Positions 16,891-26,729 of a stretch of 64,000 nucleotides of DNA are shown here, piece by piece (the first letter of the stretch is position 1; every line of letters starts with the position of its first letter). The stretch is from Psychroserpens sp. (GTDB lineage Bacteria; Bacteroidota; Bacteroidia; Flavobacteriales; Flavobacteriaceae), in the NCBI RefSeq assembly GCF_017643165.1, contig NZ_JAEPNY010000003.1; one strand, 5' to 3'. The translations under genes and the position numbers were made by a program. The notes beneath the pieces are model-generated. The model was given only the letters and a program-made list of their open reading frames with translations, did not search any database and was not told the DNA's origin.

Positions 16891-19800
16891 TTAATCATCA
16901 AGACTAAATATTGATGTGTCTTTAAACGGACTCGCTTGTACACCTTCCATAGTGCTACGATATTCTGTCCATTCGTTATTAAAGAAGGCATTAACCTCAC
17001 CAAGTACTTTGTCCATGGCGTTTTTAGCATTCTTTATTAGGGTCGTTTCTGTAGCTGTAATACCATTTTGCCTCGACCCAACATAACTTCGGGCAAGCCC
17101 TAAACGCTGCATCACAGTTACTTCTGGATTTCTAGTTATTCCTTGGCGTTTATCTTCTTTACCTAAAAACTTATCTACGATACTATCGATATGCTTTACA
17201 ACGTCTTTAGAGGCTTTGATTTGTTCTTTATACTTCTCTTTGTCTAGCTTTTTTAATAAAGATTGGTAATCATTTGCTATTGTCTTACTTTCTATAAGCT
17301 GTTTTACTGCATCTGCAGCAGTCTGTTGCATATTTTGTAGTTTTTTTGAAGCATCGTAGACTTGATCGATACTAGCCATAGATGCCTTTACTCTAGGATC
17401 TAATTCAACGTTAACCATAGTTTCAGAAGTTTGATCACCATAAGTCATAACGGCTTTGTAAGATCCAGGTTTTACTGAAACGCCTCCTGGTTCTCTGGTA
17501 CGTTTTCTTATGCGTTTGGACGGATAATCGGCGCCCGCTTCTCGCATATACCAATTCCATTTATAAACTCCTGTTGTATCAGGTGTTTTACGTTTTAAGC
17601 TTCTTATTAGGCGATCGCCATCATATATTTTTAAATGGATAGAATCCCATTTAACCTTAGTTTCGGCGGTTTCAGCTGTTTCTGCTTTATCTTTATCCTC
17701 AGACGCTTTTTTAGCAGGTTTTTCAACTTTTAGATAATATGAAAATTGTGCACCATAGCCTCGATTCTCACCATGGTACATAGCATCTGCACCAAATCGA
17801 CTTCCTGTTGGTTGTTGATAAGCAGCCTGATATGCTGTAGGTGGTTCAAATAGATTTAATTTTTTATCCAAAAGTGAGCTGTTGGCAGCAAATGCACGTA
17901 ACGGTCTAATATCATCAAGAACCCAAGCAGCTCTTCCAAAGGTTCCTATGATTAGATCGTGTTCTCTAGGATGAATAACAAGATCTTTTACTGAAACCGT
18001 TGGGAAACCATTGGTCCATTTTGTCCATTTTTCTCCAGCATCAAACGAAATGTATAATCCGTCATCAGTTCCTAAGAATAAAAGATCTGCAACTTCAGGG
18101 TCTTCAACTATAGCTAATGTATAACTTTCAACATCATTACTGTCCACAATGCGCGTCCACGATTTCCCGTAGTCTGTAGTTCTATAGGTATATGGCGTAT
18201 AATTGTAGCGTCTATAGTCATTTGCAATAATAAGTGCTTCCCCTTTATTTTTATTCGATGCTTTTATTTGAGCGATCCAACTCCCTTCAGGCAGACCTTT
18301 TAGATTTTTAGAAACATCGTTCCATGAGTTTCCACCATCTGTAGTATAATGTACGCGACCGTCATCTGTTCCTACCCACAACATATCACGTTCTAAAGGT
18401 GATGGTTCGATTACGAGTATTGTAGTATGGTTTTCGGCTCCAGTAGCATCCATTGTTAAACCGCCACTTTCTGATTGTTTTTGTTTTTCAGGATCGTTGG
18501 TTGTTAAATCTGAAGAAATAATCTGCCAGGTATCGCCTTTGTCTGTCGATTTATGAACAAACTGGCTTCCGAAGTAGATTGTGTTGTTATCAAAAGGATC
18601 AATATTTATTGCGGCATTCCAATTAAATCGCAAACGTACATTTGGATCGGGATGCGTTGGTCTAACCGAATAATTATTCCCAGTTTGCCAATCATAGCGA
18701 CTCACATATCCTTGTTGACTCATAGACCATCCATAACGTGAATCATCTCTATCTGGCACGACATCAAAGCCGTCTCCGAAACTTATTTCTTGCCAATAAC
18801 TATTTCTGATGCCCTGATCTCTCCAGACATATGCTGGTCCTCTCCAAGATCCGTTATCTTGCATTCCACCGTAAACATTATATGGTATTTCATTATCAAC
18901 ATTAATATGATAAAATTGCGCCACAGGAAGGTTTCCTATAAAGCGCCATGTTTTACCACCATCTTTGGTAATATTCATACCTCCATCATTACCGTCAATC
19001 ATGAAATTTCCATTTTTCGGATGAATCCACCACGCATGATGATCTGGATGGACGCCATTACTAACACCATAAGCAGGCATTAACTGCGAGAAGTTCTTTC
19101 CGCCATCTTCGGATACATTTACGTAAGTAAAGACGGAATATACGCGATTCTCATTTTGAGGATCTACGAATATATCGGAATAATAAAATGGTCGATTTCC
19201 AATATCATTTTTTTTATTGATCATCGTCCAATTAAATCCACCATCTGTACTCTTGTAAAGTGCATTCTTCTTGGCTTCGACCAAAGCGTAGATCACGTTT
19301 GGTTTATTAGCTGCAATAGCTATACCTATACGGCCTAAATTTCCTTTTGGGAACCCTTCTTTATCAGTCACTTTTTTCCAAGTCTTTCCGCCATCATGAG
19401 TAATGTGCAGACCAGAACCTTCACCACCTGAATTAAAGAACCAAGGATCGCGTTTATGCTCCCACATTGCTGCAATCAATTTATTTGGATTGCTTGGATC
19501 CATAACTAAATCAGCTGCACCTGTTTTATTATTTGCGAATAAGATCTGATTCCATGTAGCACCACCATCTGTTGTTTTATATACACCACGTTCAGGATGT
19601 TCGCCCCAAGGAGAGCCAATTGCTGCAACGTAGACGATATCTGGATTTGTTGGGTCTATGATTATTCTGTGAATATGACGAGTTTTTTCTAAGCCCATGG
19701 CTGTCCAACTTTTTCCACCGTCTAATGTTTTATAAATACCATATCCACCATTTAAACTATTTCTAGGATTTCCTTCTCCCGTGCCTGCCCAAACCACACT

Positions 19801-20091
19801 CGGATTTGATTGTTGAATGGCTACTGCTCCAATTGAGGCAGTAACTTCGTTGTCAAAAATTGGTGTCCATGTGATTCCGCCCGATTCGCTTTTCCAAAGT
19901 CCTCCAGACGCAGTACCTACGTACATAATGTCAGGATTTGAATGAACAGCGTCAATAGAAGTAACACGGCCAGACATACCGCCAGGACCAATATTACGAG
20001 GAGACATTGTTTTTAATAAATCGAGTGAAATTTCTTGTGAAAACAAGGCGCTAGATGCTATAAATAGCAACGCGAAAAGTAATTTTTTCAT
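16891..20091 (-). CDS. Secreted VPS10/sortilin-like BNR-repeat protein
   Basis: Signal peptide. Many S/T-x-D-x-G-x-T/S-W BNR/Asp-box repeats, such as TLDGGKSW, TTDGGATW, THDGGKTW, STDGGFNW, SEDGGKNF, TKDGGKTW, STDKGDTW and TTDGGNSW. Confidence 0.8.
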   Translation of the reverse strand: MKKLLFALLFIASSALFSQEISLDLLKTMSPRNIGPGGMSGRVTSIDAVHSNPDIMYVGTASGGLWKSESGGITWTPIFDNEVTASIGAVAIQQSNPSVVWAGTGEGNPRNSLNGGYGIYKTLDGGKSWTAMGLEKTRHIHRIIIDPTNPDIVYVAAIGSPWGEHPERGVYKTTDGGATWNQILFANNKTGAADLVMDPSNPNKLIAAMWEHKRDPWFFNSGGEGSGLHITHDGGKTWKKVTDKEGFPKGNLGRIGIAIAANKPNVIYALVEAKKNALYKSTDGGFNWTMINKKNDIGNRPFYYSDIFVDPQNENRVYSVFTYVNVSEDGGKNFSQLMPAYGVSNGVHPDHHAWWIHPKNGNFMIDGNDGGMNITKDGGKTWRFIGNLPVAQFYHINVDNEIPYNVYGGMQDNGSWRGPAYVWRDQGIRNSYWQEISFGDGFDVVPDRDDSRYGWSMSQQGYVSRYDWQTGNNYSVRPTHPDPNVRLRFNWNAAINIDPFDNNTIYFGSQFVHKSTDKGDTWQIISSDLTTNDPEKQKQSESGGLTMDATGAENHTTILVIEPSPLERDMLWVGTDDGRVHYTTDGGNSWNDVSKNLKGLPEGSWIAQIKASNKNKGEALIIANDYRRYNYTPYTYRTTDYGKSWTRIVDSNDVESYTLAIVEDPEVADLLFLGTDDGLYISFDAGEKWTKWTNGFPTVSVKDLVIHPREHDLIIGTFGRAAWVLDDIRPLRAFAANSSLLDKKLNLFEPPTAYQAAYQQPTGSRFGADAMYHGENRGYGAQFSYYLKVEKPAKKASEDKDKAETAETAETKVKWDSIHLKIYDGDRLIRSLKRKTPDTTGVYKWNWYMREAGADYPSKRIRKRTREPGGVSVKPGSYKAVMTYGDQTSETMVNVELDPRVKASMASIDQVYDASKKLQNMQQTAADAVKQLIESKTIANDYQSLLKKLDKEKYKEQIKASKDVVKHIDSIVDKFLGKEDKRQGITRNPEVTVMQRLGLARSYVGSRQNGITATETTLIKNAKNAMDKVLGEVNAFFNNEWTEYRSTMEGVQASPFKDTSIFSLDD

Positions 20092-20268
20092 TATGGGTTT
20101 GGTTTAGTTGCTTAAATATAAGTAAAAGTGATGGTCAACCTGTGTTAATATAGATACCTTAAAATTTATTTAACAATGTATTATGATTTTGAAATATTGA
20201 TATTGTAGTAAATTCAAATCCATTGTAATAGATCTTCAGTATTTTTGTGAAATCAAATTTACCTTATA

Positions 20269-20766
20269 ATGCGATCGAAATTAAATTATCTTCTGATTAT
20301 TCTCCTCTTACTAAATTTGGGCTGTGGCAGTGAGGAAAAGCAAGCGAAAGAATCGATTCAATTTGGAAGAAAAGATGCGCCTTCAAATACAGAAGAATCC
20401 AAAACTTCTAGCAAGTTGGCATCGGAAACCATAGATCTTAGCAACAATGGAATAGGACCAATTACCACAATTACATTAGATAAAATTGATGACGCCTTAG
20501 TTAAAGAAGGCGAGGTGATTCATGAAACGATGTGCGCAGCGTGTCATAGAACCGACAAAAAGTTTATTGGTCCACCTTTTAAAGATATTCTTAAACGACG
20601 CACACCAGAATGGGTCATGAATATGACCTTGAATCCTGTAGAAATGGTGAAAAAAGATCCATTGGCTAAAGCTTTGTTTGAAGAATATGACGGTTCATTA
20701 ATGGCTAATCAGAACTTATCAGAGGATCAAGCACGTGCTGTATTAGAATATATGCGTTCGCTTTAA
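20269..20766 (+). CDS. Mono-haem c-type cytochrome lipoprotein
   Basis: Lipobox LLNLGC and a single CxxCH motif (CAACH). Confidence 0.8.
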   Translation: MRSKLNYLLIILLLLNLGCGSEEKQAKESIQFGRKDAPSNTEESKTSSKLASETIDLSNNGIGPITTITLDKIDDALVKEGEVIHETMCAACHRTDKKFIGPPFKDILKRRTPEWVMNMTLNPVEMVKKDPLAKALFEEYDGSLMANQNLSEDQARAVLEYMRSL

Positions 20767-21464
20767 TCTAAGGTAGATAGAGCAATCTCAATCATTGTAT
20801 TAAATGTAGATTCGCGTTCATCAGCTGATGTGGCTTCTTTAGTCACCAATGAATCTGATATCGTTAGAATTGAAAGGGCATTCACACCATGCTTTGCAGC
20901 TACTGTATATAGTCCTGCAGTTTCCATTTCAACACATAGGACACCAAAACCAGCCCATATTTTATATGAGTCAAAATCATCATGATAAAACTCGTCAGAC
21001 GACAAGACATTTCCTGCTTTGATTTTTATATTATTCGTCTTAGCATATTGAGCAGCTTTCATGAACAGGTCAAAATTTGCAGTAGGTGCATAATCTGAAT
21101 TAATAAATCTTGAATTATTAATGCCAGAAGTCGAAGAAGCAGCCATAGCAATTACAATATCTCTTATATGAATATCTTTTTGATAAGAACCTGCTGAACC
21201 AACTCTTATAAGATTTTTTACGCCGTATTCATTTATCAGTTCATGACAATAAATGAGCGTAGATGGAATTCCCATTCCTGTACCTTGTACTGAAACTCTT
21301 TTGCCTTTATATGTGCCTGTAAACCCTAACATTCCACGAACATCATTATACTGCTTAGGCGCTTCCAAAAAGGTTTCTGCAATCCATTTTGCCCGCATTG
21401 GGTCTCCAGGTAATAATACCGTTTCTGCTATTTCTCCTTTTTTTGCTTCAATATGTATACTCAT
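20763..21464 (-). CDS. deoD: Purine nucleoside phosphorylase, DeoD type
   Basis: [36 protein letters not shown] and VEMETAGLY are strongly characteristic of DeoD. Confidence 0.92.
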   Translation of the reverse strand: MSIHIEAKKGEIAETVLLPGDPMRAKWIAETFLEAPKQYNDVRGMLGFTGTYKGKRVSVQGTGMGIPSTLIYCHELINEYGVKNLIRVGSAGSYQKDIHIRDIVIAMAASSTSGINNSRFINSDYAPTANFDLFMKAAQYAKTNNIKIKAGNVLSSDEFYHDDFDSYKIWAGFGVLCVEMETAGLYTVAAKHGVNALSILTISDSLVTKEATSADERESTFNTMIEIALSTLD

Positions 21465-21574
21465 GGAACTGTATTTAATTTGATGTTATCAAGGTACTAA
21501 TTTACGTAACTCTCAAATGATGTTTAGTTTTTATATAAATAAATTCGGATTATCTCCTGAAAGAAATTAAGATA

Positions 21575-22306
21575 TCAGGCATTACAATACTTCTGTTCTA
21601 ATGCAATTGCTTTAGGGAATAATATATTATTTTCTAAATGGATATGTGTGTGCAGATTGTGTTCAAATTCATCTAAGAGTTTAATAAGTGTCTTATAAGT
21701 TTCACAATTCCCTATAAAACCAGAAAAGTTTTTAGTGAGTTGTGAAATAAACCTAAAACGTTCATCTTCATTATTATGCTGCTCTTTTGCGATACTTATT
21801 GGATTTTTGACCGAACCGAATAATGATGCATCAATTCTTTTTTCATTGAGTGCTTTTTGGAGCTTCTTTATAAACGGAAACAATATGAGTTCTTCTTTTT
21901 TGATATGTGAATTCAATTCTCTGGCAAAATCGTTGAATAAAGACCGTAGCATATGAAGACCTTCGTGAACCTCACCATGAGATTCACAGAGTGTGTCTAA
22001 ATGATTTGATAAAATTGGTAATTGCGCTTCGATGTAGCTATGGTGAATATTTTGAATACTATCTGCTAATTCGTCTAAAGGAATATGTTTATAATTCACA
22101 CCTTTATAAGGTGCACTAGTAATTGTTTCAAGATCTTTAAATACATGATTAATGTTCAAACTCTTTGCCTCGCAAACTTCAGACAATAAATCATCACCAT
22201 GGCAATAGAAATCTATGTCATATGCGTTAAATACTTTAGCAGTTCTCTGATCTTCAGCGACAAATTCACCGATAGGTTTGTCTTTTAATTGCTTTCCAGG
22301 TTTCAT
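21575..22306 (-). CDS. ric: Iron-sulfur cluster repair di-iron protein (RIC / ScdA / YtfE family)
   Basis: ScdA_N-like N-terminus (FNAYDIDFYCHG). The rest is hemerythrin-like, with His/Glu ligands (HHSYIE, HIKKEE, HIHLENN). Confidence 0.85.
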   Translation of the reverse strand: MKPGKQLKDKPIGEFVAEDQRTAKVFNAYDIDFYCHGDDLLSEVCEAKSLNINHVFKDLETITSAPYKGVNYKHIPLDELADSIQNIHHSYIEAQLPILSNHLDTLCESHGEVHEGLHMLRSLFNDFARELNSHIKKEELILFPFIKKLQKALNEKRIDASLFGSVKNPISIAKEQHNNEDERFRFISQLTKNFSGFIGNCETYKTLIKLLDEFEHNLHTHIHLENNILFPKAIALEQKYCNA

Positions 22307-22403
22307 AAATTCATCCGTGATTACTCAGGTTTAAAATCTGTAATCAGGTTTTCTATGTTATCAATCAAATATTCAGTCTTATGATATGTTTTAGTTGTTT
22401 AAA

Positions 22404-22823
22404 TTAAAATTGATCTAATAAAAAATTTATTAGATCGGTTGTGGTTACAATACCGACTAGCTTGTCATTATCTACAACTGGTAAAGCGTGAAATTCACGT
22501 TTAGAGAGAATTCTTGCTACCTCTTTAATAGACGTACTTGGGTTGACGCTTATTAGATTTTTCGCCATTACTTGTTCAATAGTGAACATATTATAAACGA
22601 TAGTGTCAACATCTTGTTCATACTCATCGACGGCATCTGCAAAGCTTATTCTAAGAAGATCTGTGTAACTTAACATTCCTATAATTTCCTTTTGATGAAC
22701 AACAGGAATATGACGTATGTTATTCTTCTTAAATAGTAATTCTGCTGTGTCTAAATTATCTGTTCTATTCAACGTTATCACATCTTTGGTCATAATCGTT
22801 GATACTGGTATATTATGTTTCAT
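22404..22823 (-). CDS. CBS domain pair protein
   Basis: Two CBS repeats (IMTKDVITL ... HIPVV and VMAKNLISV ... ALPVVD). Confidence 0.85.
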   Translation of the reverse strand: MKHNIPVSTIMTKDVITLNRTDNLDTAELLFKKNNIRHIPVVHQKEIIGMLSYTDLLRISFADAVDEYEQDVDTIVYNMFTIEQVMAKNLISVNPSTSIKEVARILSKREFHALPVVDNDKLVGIVTTTDLINFLLDQF

Positions 22824-22846
22824 GATGTTCGGTTTTAATTCCTTAA

Positions 22847-22891
22847 TAAATGTACTTCCAGATAATCAGAAATAATATGATAATTGTCAGC
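22847..22891 (-). promoter_or_regulatory. Candidate Fnr-type box plus -7-like element upstream of the CBS gene (and ric)
   Basis: Minus-strand GCTGAC-AATT-ATCATA at 22891-22876. TACATTTA at 22854-22847. Spacing is 29.5 nt. Confidence 0.5.
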
Positions 22892-22949
22892 TTAAGAATT
22901 GTTTTTAATTGAGTCAGTGCTTTTAAGTTGAATAAAATTCATATTGAAT

Positions 22950-23651
22950 TTAGTGACAATCAATGGCGCTTGTTGCCATTTCAACTATAGGTGCAGGAGA
23001 GAGGTAGGGTATTCCTAGACCAAGACCTCTAACAATAAAAAGTGCTCCAATTATAATTACGAATACAGGAATTGCTTTTTGAATACGACGCTTAACCGTA
23101 GTATTCAAAAATTTTCCTAAATATATGGCTGTGGTCATTAATGGAATTGTACCTAATCCAAATAATGCCATGTACAGACTACTATGGGCTACGTTTTGTG
23201 CAGCGATAGATGCAATTACGGCCATATAAACCAATCCGCACGGTAAGAAACCATTTAAAAACCCTATGGTTAAAAACGTATCTGCAGACTTCTTTTTTAA
23301 GGCTTGTCCTAATGACGATTTGACCTTTGAAATGACTTTATAAATAGGTTTTGAGAAGTTGCATTTATTGAATGTGTTAACTGGTATGAGTACGATGATT
23401 ATCATTAAGACGCCAACAACAATCGAAAGTTGTTGCTGTATTCCGAAGATGTATAAACCTTTCCCAACCAATCCAAATATGAGACCTATGACGCTGTAGG
23501 CAAGTATTCTTCCTATATGATATGTCGAAATTTGAAGGATCTTTTTGGACGTGTTATTTCGGTCAACTGGAAGCATAAACGCGATTGGTCCACACATGCC
23601 AACACAGTGGAAGCTACCTAATAATCCGAATATGAGCGCCGACCATAACAT
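22950..23651 (-). CDS. TauE/SafE- or DsbD_2-like membrane protein of the cbb3 accessory cluster
   Basis: Six TM helices and the N-terminal motif GSFHCVGMCGP. It is the last gene of the ccoG-fixH string. Confidence 0.7.
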   Translation of the reverse strand: MLWSALIFGLLGSFHCVGMCGPIAFMLPVDRNNTSKKILQISTYHIGRILAYSVIGLIFGLVGKGLYIFGIQQQLSIVVGVLMIIIVLIPVNTFNKCNFSKPIYKVISKVKSSLGQALKKKSADTFLTIGFLNGFLPCGLVYMAVIASIAAQNVAHSSLYMALFGLGTIPLMTTAIYLGKFLNTTVKRRIQKAIPVFVIIIGALFIVRGLGLGIPYLSPAPIVEMATSAIDCH

Positions 23652-23662
23652 AGTTTAATGTT

Positions 23663-24109
23663 TTAGTAAACGATTGCTTTTTTGAAGAGATATGATTTTC
23701 CTCTATATTGCCAATCTACTTTAATGTTCCAACGACCATCCAACAAACGTTTGTCAGGTATGAGCAAATTGTGATTAGACAATGAAATAGAGCTTTCAAA
23801 GTCTAGTTGTTTGTTAGATGGTCTATATAGGAACACTTTTCCAGTAATGTTATCAATATTTAAATCTTCAGGGAATGAGATTAAAAGTCCGTCCTCTGTA
23901 CGTTTCCATGTGATATCATTTTCAAGTGTCTTTGCGTTACTTTCTTTATCAATATCACTTTGATATTCTAGTTCTTGCTTGTAATAGTCTTCCGTCACTA
24001 ATGACGTGTCATATTTGTCTACAGCACTCATGTTTATTACGAAGTACATTATAAATGCAATGAATGCAACAAATGCTATTACGATTCCTGTTCCCCAATT
24101 TAGTTTCAT
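23663..24109 (-). CDS. FixH family protein (CcoH-like)
   Basis: Single N-terminal TM (MKLNWGTGIVIAFVAFIAFIMYFV) followed by a ~110 aa domain. It sits directly downstream of ccoG. Confidence 0.75.
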   Translation of the reverse strand: MKLNWGTGIVIAFVAFIAFIMYFVINMSAVDKYDTSLVTEDYYKQELEYQSDIDKESNAKTLENDITWKRTEDGLLISFPEDLNIDNITGKVFLYRPSNKQLDFESSISLSNHNLLIPDKRLLDGRWNIKVDWQYRGKSYLFKKAIVY

Positions 24110-24120
24110 AACGTCTCTTT

Positions 24121-25545
24121 TTAATTATAACTTCTAGGGCCTAAAAAACTTACAGTTGTTGTTTCTATAAGCTCATCATTGCTATAGACATCGATCATAA
24201 GTTTGTTTTTATCGCCTTTGAGTTCGTTTTGATTTATTTCGATGAATAATGTGCCTTCGGCTAATCCTTGCGCTGGGACAAATACCTCATCATTTGTGGA
24301 TACCAGTTTAATTTCTCCATTGTAATTTCTTACTTTGAAATTAACATCTGTAATAGTATCCGTTGTTTTGTTAACTAGTTTATAAGTAAATACATTACTA
24401 ATCACATTTTCTGCTTTCCTTTCGAATAGTTGTCCAGGCAAACGTAATACTCGTGCTTCGACATCATTTCTTAATAATAGCATACCTGAAAGAACTCCAA
24501 TTAGAATTACTAAAACGGCCGTATATCCTTTTAGTCTAGGTGTAAATTCAAATTTTTTCTTCTTTTCAATATTATCTTCACTTGCATATCGGATAAGACC
24601 TCTAGGAAGGTTTATACTATCCATAATGTGATCACATTCGTCAATACAAGCGGTACAGTTTACACATTCTAATTGCGTACCATTTCTAATATCGATACCC
24701 GTAGGGCAAACATGTACACATTGCAAACAATCGATGCAATCGCCATGACCTAAAGCCTGTCTATCCTCATTCTTTCTAAATTTCTTACGTCCGTTTTCTC
24801 CTTCACCTCGTTTATGGTCGTAGGCGACAACGATAGATTTATTATCAAGCAATACACCTTGTAATCTTCCATAAGGGCATGCAATAATGCACACTTGCTC
24901 TCTAAACCAAGCAAATACAAAATAGAAGAGACCTGTAAATATCATTAACGGAAACAGGGTCCCTAAATGCGACCTTGGACCATCACTGATATAACCCAGT
25001 AGTTTATCACTTCCTATAAGATATGCTAAGAAGATATTCGCGATTAAGAAAGAGATCACTAAAAAGATGAACCATTTCAATACACGTTTTTTAATTTTTT
25101 CGGCATCCCATTTCTGTCTATCCAGTTTTCGCTGTTTATTTCTGTCACCATCAATCCAGTATTCGATACGTCGAAATACCATTTCCATAAATATGGTTTG
25201 AGGGCAAATCCATCCACAAAATATTCGACCAAATCCAACTGTGAATAAGGTTACGAAGATGACACCAATGATCATAGAGATCACAAACAAGTGAAAATCT
25301 TGTGGCCAAAACGGAAAGCTAAAAATATTAAAGCGACGTTCGAGTACATTAAACAACAAGAACTGGTTACCATTAATTTTAATAAATGGCGCCGCAAACA
25401 AAAACCCAAGTAAAAAATAGCTAACTACTTTACGTCGGTCGTAATAACGACCACTAGGTTTTTTTGGAAAGATCCAAGCGCGATTACCTTCTTCGGTAAC
25501 CGTTGCTATTGAATCTCTGAAGCTTTCGTTTTGGGGTGCATCCAT
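24121..25545 (-). CDS. ccoG: Cytochrome c oxidase accessory protein CcoG (4Fe-4S ferredoxin-type membrane protein)
   Basis: TM helices plus two Cys clusters (CIDCLQCVHVCP and CVNCTACIDEC). Confidence 0.9.
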   Translation of the reverse strand: MDAPQNESFRDSIATVTEEGNRAWIFPKKPSGRYYDRRKVVSYFLLGFLFAAPFIKINGNQFLLFNVLERRFNIFSFPFWPQDFHLFVISMIIGVIFVTLFTVGFGRIFCGWICPQTIFMEMVFRRIEYWIDGDRNKQRKLDRQKWDAEKIKKRVLKWFIFLVISFLIANIFLAYLIGSDKLLGYISDGPRSHLGTLFPLMIFTGLFYFVFAWFREQVCIIACPYGRLQGVLLDNKSIVVAYDHKRGEGENGRKKFRKNEDRQALGHGDCIDCLQCVHVCPTGIDIRNGTQLECVNCTACIDECDHIMDSINLPRGLIRYASEDNIEKKKKFEFTPRLKGYTAVLVILIGVLSGMLLLRNDVEARVLRLPGQLFERKAENVISNVFTYKLVNKTTDTITDVNFKVRNYNGEIKLVSTNDEVFVPAQGLAEGTLFIEINQNELKGDKNKLMIDVYSNDELIETTTVSFLGPRSYN

Positions 25546-25548
25546 GGC

Positions 25549-26541
25549 TTAGTTTTGTGCTACAGAAACTGAATCTGTAACGACTTCATTAACTTCAGTT
25601 TCTGGTGTTCCTTCTTCAGTTGTACCTTCAGTAGCATCTGTTGATTCTTCTGAAGATGCTGCAGTTTCATCAACCCATATTTCACCTTCAGCAGCTTTAG
25701 GTTCTGCTGGAGTAGTCCCTTGGAATTCTAAAACATAACTTGCTACTTGAGCCATTTGTGATGGTTTTAAACTTTGCTTCCAAGCAATCATGCCTTTACC
25801 ATCACGACCGCCTTCAGAAATGGTTTTAAATACATTCTTAATGCCACCACCCAAAATCCAATTTTCATCCGTTAGGTTAGGTCCAATACCGCCACCACCA
25901 TCAGATTTGTGACATGCCACACAGTTGGTTTCAAAAATGGCTTTCCCAGCGCTAAGATCTGAAGCATCTGTTAAGCGTTCTACTGTGTTAAAATCGACTA
26001 AATCTTTAGCTGTCTTTTTATATTCTTCAATATCTATTTTTGCTTGGGCAATATCAGCTTCGAGATCTTCAAATTGATTATTGCCGTCAAAAATGTGGAA
26101 TCTCGCCAAGTAAATTGCTGCAAAAATGATCGTTGCATAGAATCCGTACAGCCACCAAGGTGGGAGATCGTTATCAAGCTCTTTGATACCATCATAATTG
26201 TGATCTAAGATCAATTCATGCTCCTCTTCAATAGGTTTAGAACCTAAAAGCTTCAAGTATGTTTTTTTCGCCCATAGTGCAAATTTTGAAGGCGCTTTTT
26301 GTTTCGAATTATAGCGTTCCTTAGCTTCTTCACTTAGACTCTGGTATAAAACATTGTCAATAGAACCCACAATGCCTTCAATGGCAATTAGTATCAACAA
26401 TACAAGTAGTAAGAACAATAATATTACGGGTTGTTCTATAAATGCTGGTTGATCACCAGATTCTACAACGTATTCAACGCCTGCAAATATGATAAAGAAT
26501 ACAACTGGTACTCTTATCCAAGATGGAATTCTATTTCTCAT
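25549..26541 (-). CDS. ccoP: cbb3-type cytochrome c oxidase subunit III-like protein (CcoP, single haem c)
   Basis: CcoP N-terminal domain (DGIKELDNDLPPWW). One CxxCH motif (CVACH). The C-terminal tail is rich in acidic, Ser and Thr residues. Confidence 0.85.
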   Translation of the reverse strand: MRNRIPSWIRVPVVFFIIFAGVEYVVESGDQPAFIEQPVILLFLLLVLLILIAIEGIVGSIDNVLYQSLSEEAKERYNSKQKAPSKFALWAKKTYLKLLGSKPIEEEHELILDHNYDGIKELDNDLPPWWLYGFYATIIFAAIYLARFHIFDGNNQFEDLEADIAQAKIDIEEYKKTAKDLVDFNTVERLTDASDLSAGKAIFETNCVACHKSDGGGGIGPNLTDENWILGGGIKNVFKTISEGGRDGKGMIAWKQSLKPSQMAQVASYVLEFQGTTPAEPKAAEGEIWVDETAASSEESTDATEGTTEEGTPETEVNEVVTDSVSVAQN

Positions 26542-26723
26542 AGTTCTGATTGGTTTTGATTGTCTAAAGGAATATTACTCACTTTCGTGATATAGTCTTT
26601 TTTAGCAGTTATGACCCACCATCCAAGGATGACGAAAAAACTGAAAAATATAATTAAGGAGATCAAAGGATAGATTTCTATTCCTGTGATGCTTTCCATA
26701 TGATGTTTTACAAATTTTAGCAT
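26538..26723 (-). CDS. ccoQ: CcoQ/FixQ-like small membrane subunit
   Basis: 61 aa with one TM (IYPLISLIIFFSFFVILGWWV). It lies between ccoNO and ccoP and overlaps ccoP by 4 nt. Confidence 0.6.
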   Translation of the reverse strand: MLKFVKHHMESITGIEIYPLISLIIFFSFFVILGWWVITAKKDYITKVSNIPLDNQNQSEL

Positions 26724-26729
26724 GACGTC

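Noticed and set aside
17660-17690. A short tandem repeat encoding AETAETAET in the VPS10-like protein, and a similar S/T/E-rich repeat at about 45700-45790.
   Set aside because: These are low-complexity linkers inside intact ORFs, too short and imperfect to be treated as distinct repeat elements.
18553-19338. Three plus-strand ORFs inside the VPS10-like gene.
   Set aside because: They are antisense to a 1066-aa ORF full of BNR repeats, and their products show no motifs.
21480-21492. TTGAT-GTT-ATCAA upstream of deoD, which resembles an FNR box.
   Set aside because: The spacer is 3 nt rather than 4. There is no TAnnTTTG element at the 29.5-nt distance, and deoD has no obvious link to oxygen.
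22318-22346. Inverted repeat TGATTAC-N15-GTAATCA between the CBS gene and ric, considered as an NsrR-type operator or a terminator.
   Set aside because: The arms are only 7 nt and AT-rich, no T-run follows, and it matches no operator I know. It could be chance.
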